Shown: piece by piece, positions 49,401 to 61,454 of the stretch
Layout: every line of letters begins with the position of its first letter
Numbering within the stretch: the stretch's first letter is position 1
Assembly (NCBI GenBank): GCA_051362555.1
Contig: CM120646.1
Coordinates: forward strand, 14,632,001-14,696,000
Source: Lingula anatina
Lineage: Eukaryota > Animalia > Brachiopoda
Reading direction: 5' to 3'
Length of the DNA stretch: 64,000 nucleotides
Notes under the pieces: generated by a model
The model's input: only the letters and a program-made list of their open reading frames with translations
Databases searched by the model: none
Told to the model about the DNA's origin: nothing
Translations under genes and position numbers: made by a program

Positions 49401-52061
49401 GCACACGGCAACACCTACCATTTTGACCTCCCCCCCCCCCCCCACACACACACACAAAAAAAAAAAGTTTAAAAATCACTTAAATAAAGAATCATGATTT
49501 ATTTTGCATCTCTTACATTTAAGATGCCACCAAAGAAACCCAAAGCCTCGTATGTGAAAAAGGTGAAGAAAGTTGACGTCAGGACCGAGTGCAGTGTCTG
49601 CAACTTACCAGGGACAAATGGCAATCTTGTCAGGTAAAACAAACCTCATCAAACAAAAATTTAATATGATTAAATCTGATATGTACGAAACGCCATTCTA
49701 TGAAAGACAGTATGAGGTCTAACATTTTGTCTTTATCCCATTGACTTTATCAGTGTGACTTGCTGTGAAGTTATAATAAATTCAGTATAATTATTATTTA
49801 TTAATTATACATATTCTATTAAAAATCATACTATTTAATGTGCAATAGACCAAGATTTAATTTCTATTCTTTGTTGATTGAAATAACAACTGGATGAATC
49901 AAGTATACCTCGATATCAAAGTAATTGAGATTTAAGACTGCTACAATCTCGCACAGGTTCTCGTCATCAATATTTGTTTCTCCAGGTGTGACATGTGTAA
50001 GCTTTGCTTCCACTTCGAATGTCTCGACCCTCCCCGGAAAAAGACACCCAAGCAGCGGGGTTACTCCTGGCACTGCGAGGCCTGCGATTCTGGAGAAGAT
50101 GAATCTGTAAGTAATGGCAGTTTGGTGGTGGGGGGGGATCTACTATTAAAATGTCACCTCTCCCTCCCTCCCCCCTTCTTCTCTCCTCTCCCTCTTGCCC
50201 TAGAGTAACATGACATGTTTACACACTGATATTTTTGTTATTACCAAATGGGGACGGCGCTGTCCAATTTCATGAATCAAAAAGGCATTGTTTAGAATCT
50301 TACTGTCTGTTGAAGAATATACTTACATGATAAACAAATTCATGAGTATAGCTCAGTCTTACTTTGACCAGTTTGTTGAATGGATGAGACATTAGACACA
50401 TAACTTGAAGTTTGCTAATTTGTTTGCAGGAGGAGGAAGAGATGGACGTGGAAAATGAAAATGAAGAAGAGAACACCAAGCAGGAGAAAATCGACAAGGG
50501 GAGCTCCCCATCTAAGGTCAAAGGTCACAGCCCAGAGATCAGTCAAGAAGGCAGCACCAAAAAGAAAAGCTCTCCTGCTGGTGGAGAAGGTCGTAGGTCA
50601 AAGTCGCCCAAAGGTCACCCAAAGGTCAAAGGGAAGGAATCACCAGCAAAAAGCGAGGATAGCAAAAAAAGGAAACAGACTACACCTACCAAGTCTGACA
50701 ATGTGGAAGAACATGATGTGCCCGTTTGTACCAAGAAAAAAGGCCCCTCTGGTTCACCAGGTTCCAGCACAAGGCCAACCTCTCCCAAATCTTCAGAGAC
50801 ATCAGATGGTAAAAAGGATTCAGCAGACAAAGTTAGTCCCAAAAGAGCCAAAAGCATGTCCCCAAAAGGGGAAGGGAATAATAAAAGGAGCAAGACCCCA
50901 ACCAAAAGTAATTCTCCAAAATCTACAAGTCCTGGCATTCTTATATCACCTTCTAAAGACCTTCTTCTCAAAGCAAAACCAGTTATTGAGGTGGAGGATA
51001 TAAAAAGTCCAAGTAAAGTTAAAAGGGAAAGGAACCCAGCTGTATTAACTGAGTCAAGTCCCAAAAAGAAGACGGGTGCTGGGAAAAAGTCACCTAAAAT
51101 GTCAAAAAGTCCTGAAGAGGGAAAGAAATCTGCAAAAACAACCAGTCCCAAAGTCAAAACTAAAAAAGAAAGCCAAGGTCAGGTCAAGGTCACACCTGAT
51201 AAGAGTCCATCAAAAGAAGACAAAATACCACAAGAGTTGGAGCCTCTGGATACTAAAACAGGAGAATTACGAAAAAGTCCTGGAGAAAAAATAGAACATG
51301 GGAATAAGAAAGATCTGCCTAAAATTCAACAAGAACCAAAGGCTTCCCCAGAGAAGAAGGCTAAAAGCAAGGCCTCAAAACCTCCAGAGACTGCAAAGTT
51401 AGTTGATGAAGGAGATGATGAAGGAAAAGCTGCCCAGGGAAGTTCAGCAAAAACTACACCCCCTGCTGGAAAAGGGAAAGGTACAAGAAATAAAACACCA
51501 GACAGAAAGAAAACAGGCAAAGGTGAAAGTGTCGGAAAGAGTGCAAAGCAGAAAAGTCCAGACGGTAAGAAACTTGCCAAAGAAGACAATGATGAAAAGA
51601 ATGGAAAAATGAAAACACATGATGGAAAGAAACCTGAGAAAGATGAATATGTGCAAAAAGGGTCAGATCCCAAGATTCCAGAGGGAAAGAAACTTGGAAA
51701 AGATGACAGTGGAAAAGAGAAGGATTCACAACCCCCAGCATCAAGGAAAAAGACAGAAAATGTTATGTCAAAAAAAGGTGATGAGGAGTTCTCTGACAAG
51801 GAAGAAATGGAAGGTACTAAAAAAACAGAAGAATATGACCCCCTCCCAAAACCGACCTCAAGGAAGGTAGATGAAAATGAAGATGAAAAGAAAAATGTTC
51901 TACCTGAGGAATACAAGCTGTGCTCTGAAGAAGCTTCAGCTTGTCCTGGGGCAAAAGAATCGATACCATGTGACCAAGAGGAGCCCAAGTCTAAGCAAGT
52001 AAAGCCTTTGGTTCCAGGTGCTAAAGAGGACCAGGAAATTAAAACTGATGAAAACCACTAG
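32891..52061 (+). CDS. PHF14: PHD finger protein 14 orthologue, 22 coding exons, ~1285 aa
   Basis: join(32891..32951,33913..34029,34217..34398,34922..34995,36380..36536,36898..36953,37312..37423,37660..37754,38202..38244,39166..39309,39989..40064,40412..40506,41021..41111,41432..41538,41709..41804,42856..42950,45212..45343,48407..48554,48752..48865,49524..49633,49986..50106,50430..52061) = 3858 nt in frame. Features: DRDPKKRRVKP, acidic tract, PHD1 (CCVCLG..VHEGCYG..EPWFCDAC), Zn knuckle/ePHD (CELCPN, RWVHIVCALYIPGVAFGDVDKL, CISCDAGMCRTYFHVTCAQ, DIADPFYAYCK), coiled coil, PHD3 (CGICK..YHLGCLDPPLTRMP), PHD4. Confidence 0.93.
33259..33340. mobile_element. Short palindromic MITE-like repeat (second, reversed copy at ~30242-30296 plus 31894-31904)
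   Basis: tagcacgaaaattcatgcg...cacgtgaattttagtgcta. The internal segment ttagcactcctattgacgattctgatatgtactg is the reverse complement (one mismatch) of 30258-30294. Confidence 0.6.
35635..35706. repeat. Near-perfect 31-bp inverted repeat (hairpin) in PHF14 intron 4
   Basis: tttaatgactggtaaggactccataatgccc - 10-nt loop - gggcattatggagtcctgaccagtcattaaa, one mismatch. Confidence 0.9.
43775..43945. mobile_element. hAT-like MITE
   Basis: Imperfect TIR CAGGCCTGTAGCCA/TGGCTATGGGCCTG, flanking 5-bp direct repeat CATTC. Confidence 0.7.
45354..45415 (+). repeat. 21-bp minisatellite x3
   Basis: cccacaatgcccttggatgtt repeated just after the exon 17 donor. Confidence 0.85.
45496..48255 (+). repeat. 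Tandem ~0.9-1.2-kb units with internal ~130-bp subrepeats (HINE/Helentron-like composite) in PHF14 intron 17
   Basis: gatgtgtctgtacatattgccatcacctg starts units at ~45496, 46401 and 47578. (GCCGAT)n tract in unit 1. Subrepeat aaacgcaggtcaagttcgaaaatcagcatgatcgggccattatt varies in copy number. Confidence 0.85.
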
Positions 52062-55000
52062 ATTTTTCACAGATTATTGCATGATTAAACCAAAACTGAA
52101 CTTTTAAGGTTTATCATAGCCTCTTGTGCAATGTCAGTGACTAAAAAATTAATTTTTTTCTTAAGAGACTAAACGATTTTATATATTTTTTTCTTTTTTG
52201 AAGTTTTGTTTATTTATTTATTTATTTTTTTTTTTAGTTATTTATTTATTTTTTGTGAGGATTGAATTTTTCTCAGTGCATTTAATATTTAACAAAGTGA
52301 ATTATTTTCCTCAAGCGTGCTGAAGTGATTCAAAGCAAAAAAAAGAAGGGTCTGCTTGGATATTGTTTTAACTCCAGAACTTGTATGCAGGAAAATATTT
52401 TTTTAAAAATTGCTTTCGTAAATTGTTCTCTTTTGCATTTATTTTGTGCAACAAACAAATCCCTTAAATTTATGCGAGATTTGTCAATATTTTACCTGGC
52501 ACTTTCCAATATGTAAACAATTCTGCTACTGATGTTTGAGTTTATTAAATGTTAGCTGATTCATTTACTACATATACATGTACTATATACACATAACATT
52601 GTTTTGTAACTTGGTTTTCTTAACCACTGGTTAGTTGTCTTTTAGTTTTTTAATAAAGCACAATTAGATGCTTGGCGTTTGTGGACCGTACCTTTTCCCA
52701 TGTTTTGAAAAAAACATAGGGTGAGCTGCATCATTTTACCGAGAAGTTTACCATTTGACAACAGGAATATTATTTTGACTTATATGTAGTAATATACCAA
52801 CATACCACTTCAGTCCCACAGCCTGAGACAACTGAGCTGTATAGTGATAGTGGCTTACCTGTAAGACTACTGTGCGTATTCCGTTTATATATATATATAT
52901 AGATATATATGTATACACACATATATTTTTCCCTTTCCTTCCTTTCTTTTTTTTTTTTTTTTTCATAAATAATATATATATATATTTCTGTGACACATGC
53001 TTTTGACTGCCAGATGAGTCCGTAGACCCGCCAATTATTGTAACACCACCGTGTATAATTATTTGCTTTCCAAAGGCTCATTTCCATGGAAAGGATATAT
53101 ATATTTTTATGCTAGACGCTGAGAACCTGAAATGTTTTCTAATTTCCTCGGCAACAGATATGTGGTTTTATAATGTATTGCAATCCAGGGGTAGCTGAGT
53201 ATGCTTTGGTCCACCGATGTCTTGTTTTAATTTATCTCCCCCTCCCCTCCTCCTCATCATAACAACATTACTGATCGATACGGATTGTCCATAAACCAGT
53301 CTCCTGAAGATGACAGCACACCAGCGTTCTCGGTGCAACGCTAAACCTTACCTACACAATCAAAATTCATCAAGGAACGATGGCTTGCTTTTTAAATCAT
53401 TTATTTATTTATTTATTTGACTGACAAAATTTGAGAAACATTTTTAAATTATTAAGGGGAAAACGAGGCATGCTATCGTAGTCTTTTTTCCCCAAATCCA
53501 ACTAAATAATGACGAAAACACCGTCTTAACACCAGTAACTTATCTCGCAACCAAGACAACAGGCATTTTAAGCCTAAAGCACAGGTATTAAGATGCATGT
53601 ATCCGGGAGATAATGCAACACGCATTGTAGACGACAACCGTATCTCATTAGGCCTACTTATTTGTAGGCCTATCCAGAATCCTTGGTTTCAGGATTACTT
53701 ATACTTCTCAAGGTATACTCAATTTGCCCACGCTTAAATTTAAAACGTTACTTAGACCTGACGTGAAAAAGAAGGGAAATCTTGTATGACTTGATTTAAC
53801 TTTTTAACGGAATGCCTAACAGACACGTATGTCGTGAAAAAGAAAAAACACCGAAACTACAAAAGAAAGATAACAATATAAGCAAAATGATTTTATGTAA
53901 AATGGCTTAATTACCAACGCGCATGATAGTTCATTTCATATATTGGCTTCTGTTTTAATACGCATGCTTCAATGCCTACAATAGGTATGCATAAATGCCG
54001 GGAGTCTATCTTGTCTTAAATCATTTCAATTAATTTCCCCAAAAACTGGAAATTAAATTTTGCTTTTTAGATTTAAAAGGAGTAATGTTATTACTCTGAT
54101 AAAATTTGAAAAAACTCGTATAACATTCGTATAGAAAATGGCCGGCATATCATTATTTTAAATTTGCTCCTGGTCCATCTTGATTGGCTGGGATGTGAGC
54201 TGCTCCCACATTTTCTGGCCATTGTTTTCCTCTTTGGCCAACTTTTTTGCTCCATTGTATGGGGGATGTATGTGTAATCACTTAATTTAATGTTGTGTTA
54301 TTATTCCCTCATTTTGTAACTTCCTATCATATTACGTTTAGTCACTTTAATAAATGACAATTTTCAGTCAGATGGATTCATTTCTTATTTATTTTTCAGC
54401 AAAAAATCGAGCTTTGTTGTGCTTGTCAGCGTTTGGCTACATAAATGTAATTGCTTTAAGGACATTGTCACCCTTCGCCCACAACTGCTTATTTACTGCC
54501 TTAGATACATGCTTTTGGGTAATGGATAAAAATTTTCAGTGTTCACTGACTAAATTAATCAACATTGACACATGTAATCTAACGGGTGGCGTCATAGATT
54601 GCTAGACATCGGCTCTTCTCGATGTGAATGCTCTTATAGTTGCGATTTTGGGGTAAAAACTGAAAGAAAGGGTTTCTCAAATTTCTCCTTTACCTGAGCA
54701 CCCACGATCAGGGATCCAAATGTAAAGTATGTTTACTGGTACTTATTGTGTAAGTGCAAACGTATATATTCCTTCTGAGCTCCATGTATATTTCCACGTA
54801 AAATATTTTAATAAACTTCTCTTAATTAAACGTTCCTTGCTCATTCTAAAATTACAGCGTTATGCAACATGTAGGCTACCAATTAAGCCTGTACCCCCTT
54901 AACCCTAAATGTTTCAGTACATGTAAATAGGCCTCTTTCCTCACCACTGTACTTAGAACATCTGCCCATTGTCGCAAAACCTTATTAAATTGCTCCATAG

Positions 55001-55183
55001 TATTAAATAAAGCCCTGTATAGTATGCACGCCAAGCCATTTCAGAACAAGACTATTAGTTAATATATATATGTACCTACGCTATAGGTATAAATCATATT
55101 TCTTTAGTTTGTGCATGAGGAAATTAGTTATGTCTATACTTACTAGGGTGACATTTGTGCTAAAGACTTAACGTTGGATAAGA

Positions 55184-58100
55184 CAAGGAGTTATAACAGA
55201 AGGAGATTACACGCAAGCCTTTCTATTGTCCGATGTCTGTTACGGTGGGCGGAGCTAGCTACGGGGGGCCTCCGGTCTCAAGGTTTCGTCTGCGTCGCTC
55301 TCCTCAGCTTGGAGATAAATTTCATATGCGTTATTTCGCGTTAGAATTCGAGATCAGTAATGTCAAAGCGCCGCTGTATGCTGACGATTTTTTTCACAGG
55401 TAATTATTTGGACGATGTGCTGGAAGGGAACGATATCATAGAAAGCGATTATAAGGTGGTGACTGAGGATGGTCACCATGAGCTTTTTTTTAGTCGGTGA
55501 TAGATGGCTTTTTTATGGCACAACCCGGTGAAAAATCACCAAGGAGAAGTCAAAAGAAAACGTCCCAACTGTGGTTTGTGAAAATGACATTCAAGTGAAC
55601 GTCTGTCCTCACTGCCAAAGGACATAATATTAATACATTAACGTTTGGACCCTCCTGCCCTTGGGTCCCATAAACATATACATTGTGACAGTGCCTACGC
55701 TTTGTGTCTGGTTTTAAATTTCTTAAAGTATTTTTTCTCTCACTCGGTATAATTTTAATATTATAATGCATTTAATTAAAATTTTAATCCAAGGTTGAGG
55801 CAATGCCACGACACGTCAGTTTACTGAATACTCGTTATAAATTTCTTTATCTTGGAAATTTCCCTTTTTTTCAGGATTATTTGACACGTACTAACACTGT
55901 TCATATTTGTCGGTAAACAAGTGCACAGTGCTATACATTAAGAATAATTTTTATTCATTCATAAATATATTTATGTACAAAATATATCAGAAATTTTAGT
56001 ATTCACTGAGCTCTTTAAAGTGAAACAAATAAAGATGAGAATATTGAATTTCAAACTATTATTTACTATATTAACTTAAAATATCTTTTAAGTCAACTTT
56101 ATACTCAAGCACTCTATACTCTATACTCATGAAAGTAGCATCTGTGAGTAAAACCATTTTATTATATCAATAGAGGAACAAAAACAAAAATTTTACACAT
56201 AAGCAGTAATAAATGAAGTCATAAGAATGATTAAGTTGCTACAGTTTTCCAGTTTTATGCAGTCTATGATGGCATTTTTTTCATCCGTGCAAATAGAAAT
56301 AATTATATTCTTTTTTTATCTGACTTGCTGATACCAGTCTGTGCCAGATACTATTCCACTTACAGGCCAGCAAGGTCTGAAAATCTAATGGGCCAAATGA
56401 AAAAAAAAATCCTAGAAGATAAAGTGGTTAATTCTTACAAATAGGATAAAAAACATGGGATTTTCAAAAGGTTATTATAGATCAAGACAACACTTAGTAA
56501 GAACATTTATAAAATGTTACAGCTGAAAAAATTAACTGGTAAGTAAGCAGTAAGTGACTGCTTCAAAGAAATTTCACTGGCAATCAGGTAGACTGTTATA
56601 CCATGGCACTCAACAATTTATATATAGGTTTTGAATTTTTTTCCACGTAACAGTAACACAAAATTTATGTCCACTTTTGCAATGTATAGAGTCAGTTAGG
56701 TGACTGAAAATATTTTAAAATGTCATAAAGGAGCACTATTAATTTAATGCAATCTCTGTTGGCCAGTCTTATCCAGTTTCTTCTCCAAAAAGGACAACTC
56801 AAGTGAGAATTTCTTCAGGGCCTTTTCTTCTGCCTTGCTAATGCCATGCCACTCAGAAAAGAGAGAAACCTGTAGGTTAGAAAAAAAAAAACAAACATAA
56901 TAATAGCATTATGAACTACTAGTATCCAAGTAGACATTATGGAATTACGCAGTGAAGTTTAATGTGTCTTGTTATGACTTGACTGAAATAATGTTCACCA
57001 CATAAATGAACAATTTACAACTAAATTTATATAGAACATCAAGATTCATGATCACAAGCTAATAACCCCAAGAAATTGAAAGAAATTGTACTTATTACAA
57101 GAAATTATTTAAATCCACCCTGGTTCCTACTCTTCTGACAGGACAAAAAGGGGATTTCAGAGAGGCTGGTTGCTAAAAGGAAAATGCCCAAGGTTGTTGT
57201 ATTTTGAAAAAAAAAAAAATTAAAAAGGGTACTGTTGTTAGTGAATGTTTAATGCATCTTAGGCATTATGACAAAAGTAACTTACCCCAGACACACTGAC
57301 CTCCTTTTTTCATTGACATATTTTAATTTTTTCCAGCCTGACCATAATTCATATATTCAATGCAGCCTTCTCCCATATCTATAATAGAAAAAAAAACTTG
57401 AGTAGTTAAGATATGCATGTCAAATTCATTATCAATTTTGAGAGAATTTCTGTTTCAACACTACAAGATGAAATATTTAATTTCAAGTAATGAATAAACC
57501 TTAATAGAGTTCTATTCTTTTGTAACCACCAAGGCAAAGCTTCTTTCTTAAAATGAACTGAAACATCCAAGCTTGCCACCTAACATGCCAAAGTAGTGAA
57601 GTATAATTTAAGTAGAGAAGCAAGTACCCCTTAATTATAGAGGTGTCTTACACAATAAAGTGTGTCTTACACACCTTGACTCAAAGAGAGATGTGTAGTG
57701 AGATAACAGGTAAAGTAATTGGTGGAGCCTAGGTGAACTTAAAACCTTAAGACTTTAAATTAAGAAGCACCAGGATTCATGTGTGTTCTTTTTTCAAAGG
57801 TTTAATATGAATTCAAACATATATATGTAAAAAGAAGACTAAATAAGTTAAAAATAACTATACCAAAGACACTGTGAAGTCAAACTTCCTGTTAGACCGC
57901 CATGATGGAAAATGCTGGGTGGAGGCAAAATTTTCCAGTCAAAAAAACTGAGCACTTTACTTTAACAACAAAGTTACCACTCCAAAGCCACCCACCATGG
58001 TGAGAAGAAAAATGATGACCAACTGTCATGATAAGTCTTTTTAGATTTACACATGAAAAAGGTAAAGGCCAAAATGGTACATTTACCCATAACACTAGAG

Positions 58101-59061
58101 TAAAAAATGGGTATTCTGAACAAATCAGGTTATTTTTTTCAAGAAATATTGGAGCAGTATCCATGCAATATATACCACGCCACGACCAAGATGTTCAAGA
58201 ATCTAAACACACCAAATTTTTTTATAATCTTGCATTTGAAAAGTACAAAAAGCGGTAAGGCTTTTGGCCGTAACAAGCGTAACACTTTTTGATCGGAACT
58301 CATGAAAATTGTCAATTGTCGTATCCAAGCTAGACCACATGTAAAATCGCAAAAAAAACAATACTGCTCAAGCAAGTGTGTTGCACACATAACATTTAGT
58401 TAAATATTATGACTGTCATGTGACACAAGTTTCAAAAAGTAGGAGGAAAATGTCTTTTGGAGTAATTTTTTTTCGATATATTAACAAGATGGCGGCTTAA
58501 GCATCTGCTTGTTATTCGGCTACTGAAAGTGCACCTAAGTTTTATTCTTTGCTACTGCCACAAATTACTTAACAATTGCAACTGTATAAAGACCAAACTT
58601 TCTTCATCTGATACTATATTTATAGGCACTTGTTATGAGTGGGAAATATTTTTCGTGCAATATTTATTCTCCACACACCACCTCGCGAGATCAACGTGTA
58701 GCTGGACACTTACACAGTGAGACCCTACGACATAAAAGTTGCAATTTATCTTCATATTTCGTGTAGTTATGCATTTAAAAGCACTTACCTGTTTTTTGAA
58801 AACCTTGTCCAACGTAATATCATATAAATTCTGTATTTCTCTCATTTTTTAGAAACTTGGGACTCCGTTTCTGTTTCTGTCCTCAAAAATCAACAGACGA
58901 AGGCACAGATACTAACAAACGAGATTTAAACGAGAGTAGCAATTAAGCGTAACAGAGATAGGCATCCATTGTTCTCTGGGTTCTATTCATTCCGACCAAT
59001 GAGAGACCGTAATACGGGCTCCGCCCCCACGCGTGTAATCTCCTTCTGTTATAACTCCTTG
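55184..59061. mobile_element. P-element-like TIR transposon (degraded, 3.9 kb)
   Basis: Perfect 31-bp TIR caaggagttataacagaaggagattacacgc, CA...TG ends, 7-bp TSD GATAAGA. THAP-like remnant (CATHLLEQY...RLLRPKALPLF) at 58139-58390 on the minus strand. The TIR and TSD are certain; the superfamily is inferred. Confidence 0.75.
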
Positions 59062-59452
59062 GATAAGATAATGCCATCCATACTTCTCTTGGCGCGTGCA
59101 TGTTTGCGTGTGTGGATAAAGCAATCTTGAGTATAAATGAAATAGAACAGTATCGTTATAGCTCGCATAAGTATTTTGTCACAGAATGAAAAGGATAATT
59201 GGCATATTGTTATCAATACTCATTGGTCTGACACTAACTGTGACGTGTCTCGTGACGTAGTAAACAGGAGGCGGTGACAGAAGTGCTCAAAGCGCTCGAT
59301 AGCGTTCGGTCTTATTCACTTGTGATCAATGTTGAAAACATCCTTGACAAAAATCGTCTTGGAAAAATTACAGCCGATAATTAAGGGAAAATATCGATTG
59401 GCAAAGGTGATATCTTCTTTTGAGAGGCATACAGAACAAATATCACTGCGAA

Positions 59453-60883
59453 ATGATGCCAATGAATTCAAGCGATAACAATACAACAGAAGAAGTAACT
59501 AACTTGTGGAATCAGCCAGGATTTTTTGATGATACCAGATGGGCCAACATCACCGTGACTTTGTGGATCAGTATCGTGGCAATCTTTGGAACATTCGGTA
59601 ACATTTGCGTACTTATCATCACAAGAAGAACTCCGTCTCTGAAAACGTGGTGGAATTCATTCCACATTAACTTAGCAATAGTCGACCTGTTCAAGTCAAT
59701 CTTCGGCTGCCCGGTATTCGTTATGATCGTTTGGTCATGGGATGAATCAACACTTTTAATCAAATGCTTTCTAGGGCGTGTTTTAGCCGTGGGACCCATT
59801 ATGAATATTTTAGTTTTGACAAGTATAAGCGTCGTGCGAGCAGCAAAATTCCACAAGCCTCGTCTGACTATCCGTAAGCATATTTTTAAAATATGTTTGG
59901 CTGCACAATGGACTCTTGGCGTATTGTTCTTTGCCGCAGTTTCCTCGTCTGACGGTAGGATTGTGATCTTAATGCAATGTCACAAGTTGTGGAAACAGCC
60001 ACCCGGTTTTTTTTACTTCTTTACTAATGCAGTAGTGATGATCTGTGTTATAGTAACATTCGTATCTTATCTGTCAGTCGTGAGAAAATTTATAAAGCAC
60101 CGCAAGTTAATTAAACCTTACTACACTGGCTATTCTGTGCAAACAGTATCTGCCAGTGTAGCTGACACGTTTTTGGCGGAACGTGGCGAAAACAGAGTAG
60201 CATCACCTTCTCCGACTTTTACTTCTTTAGAGCGTGTCTCACGACCGGATCAACAAAGTCATCGTTCTCGTGTACCAAAATGTACAGCAAACCTGCCATC
60301 GGCGATAGACGACATTTCAGATAGAGAGGATCACGATCTTGGCCTACCAGAAGTTTCAGATAGAGACAATCATGATCTTGACCTACCAGAAATCCTACCA
60401 GAAACCACGCAGCACATGAGCCTATCGCAATTTTTCCACGGAGAAAATCGCTCCAACTTTCAAGTTCGATGGACAAGAGGCAACGAGACCCCGGACACCA
60501 TAGACATAATAGCACAAGAAGCGACCGAAGAAATGGAAGTGCGCACGGGTTCCGACATGCACTACGTAAAAATAATACAGAACGACCAGCAGGTTATTGT
60601 GTCCAGTTTGATTTTATTAGCCTTTTTTGTTGTTAGTATTTTGCCTTTTGTGATTGTCGCTATGGTATTTGAGTCACAATCTCTAAATGTAAGTACAAAC
60701 CAGTATATCACTAATTTAATTGCATGCTCATTTGCATTTATTAATACATGTGCTAATCCTTACATATATACACTGAGGTCACGGGTATTTAGGGAACGTC
60801 TAACTTCTATAATTCATGATATTGCTAATTATTTTCCGCGTAGAGATAGTTCCTCTCAAACTGTAGAGAACAATTTCATTTAG
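59453..60883 (+). CDS. Intronless rhodopsin-like (class A) orphan GPCR
   Basis: Seven hydrophobic segments, N-terminal N-glycosylation sequons, TM1 GTFGN, TM2 NLAIVD, TM3 SISVVRA, long ICL3, TM7 NTCANPYIY plus helix 8 (RVFR). First ATG at 59453. Confidence 0.88.
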   Translation: MMPMNSSDNNTTEEVTNLWNQPGFFDDTRWANITVTLWISIVAIFGTFGNICVLIITRRTPSLKTWWNSFHINLAIVDLFKSIFGCPVFVMIVWSWDESTLLIKCFLGRVLAVGPIMNILVLTSISVVRAAKFHKPRLTIRKHIFKICLAAQWTLGVLFFAAVSSSDGRIVILMQCHKLWKQPPGFFYFFTNAVVMICVIVTFVSYLSVVRKFIKHRKLIKPYYTGYSVQTVSASVADTFLAERGENRVASPSPTFTSLERVSRPDQQSHRSRVPKCTANLPSAIDDISDREDHDLGLPEVSDRDNHDLDLPEILPETTQHMSLSQFFHGENRSNFQVRWTRGNETPDTIDIIAQEATEEMEVRTGSDMHYVKIIQNDQQVIVSSLILLAFFVVSILPFVIVAMVFESQSLNVSTNQYITNLIACSFAFINTCANPYIYTLRSRVFRERLTSIIHDIANYFPRRDSSSQTVENNFI

Positions 60884-61247
60884 TTATTTATTGTAAGTCT
60901 ATCATGTCCAATGTATGAACTCTATTAATTTAAACGACATGAACAATTTATTTTTCATTTGCTGCCAATAAAACAGCAGTAGAGCTAGAGTCATAACGTT
61001 TTTCATTTAGAACATGTTTTCTCAAATACGACACAGAGATTGTACACAAACACCTGAATGTAGGCCTACTATCACATGTACCGGTAGCATGAATTTGGTC
61101 TGTATAACATTAATCCCTGAATGCTGTAAAGCCGTACGAAAACGGAAACGGAAAAACTATATAGAAATATGAATGAGGCGAGATTGGTACAGTTGCTAGT
61201 ACATTGTGTGCCGATTCTGGTGGGGTTGAGTAAGAGCCTTATGGGCC

Positions 61248-61454
61248 GTTCCCATAACCGTAGCGTACAAGCAGGATCGAGCTATCTCCGAAGGGTTTCT
61301 CGCTAAATTGCATTCAGTTTAAGCGAAAGTCAGCCCCACCCCCAGCAGCTTCAGTGGGCGTGACAGACATTTAAGCCGCTTAAACAGCATGCAGTTTACC
61401 GAGAATCCCCTCGGAGTTAGATCGATCCTGCTTGCACGATAGGTTCATGGGAAC
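61248..61454. mobile_element. Foldback/MITE-like element, family A
   Basis: GTTCCCAT...ATGGGAAC termini. caagcaggatcga pairs with tcgatcctgcttg. Shares ggcgtgacagacatttaagccgct with 4215-4474. Confidence 0.7.

Noticed and set aside
50455-51988. Overlapping and antisense ORFs (182, 180 and 220 aa) over the PHF14 last exon
   Set aside because: Shadow frames of a low-complexity, purine-rich coding exon, with no independent signals.
59420-59452. ORF-track start of the GPCR at 59420
   Set aside because: That codon is TTG. The first ATG is at 59453.
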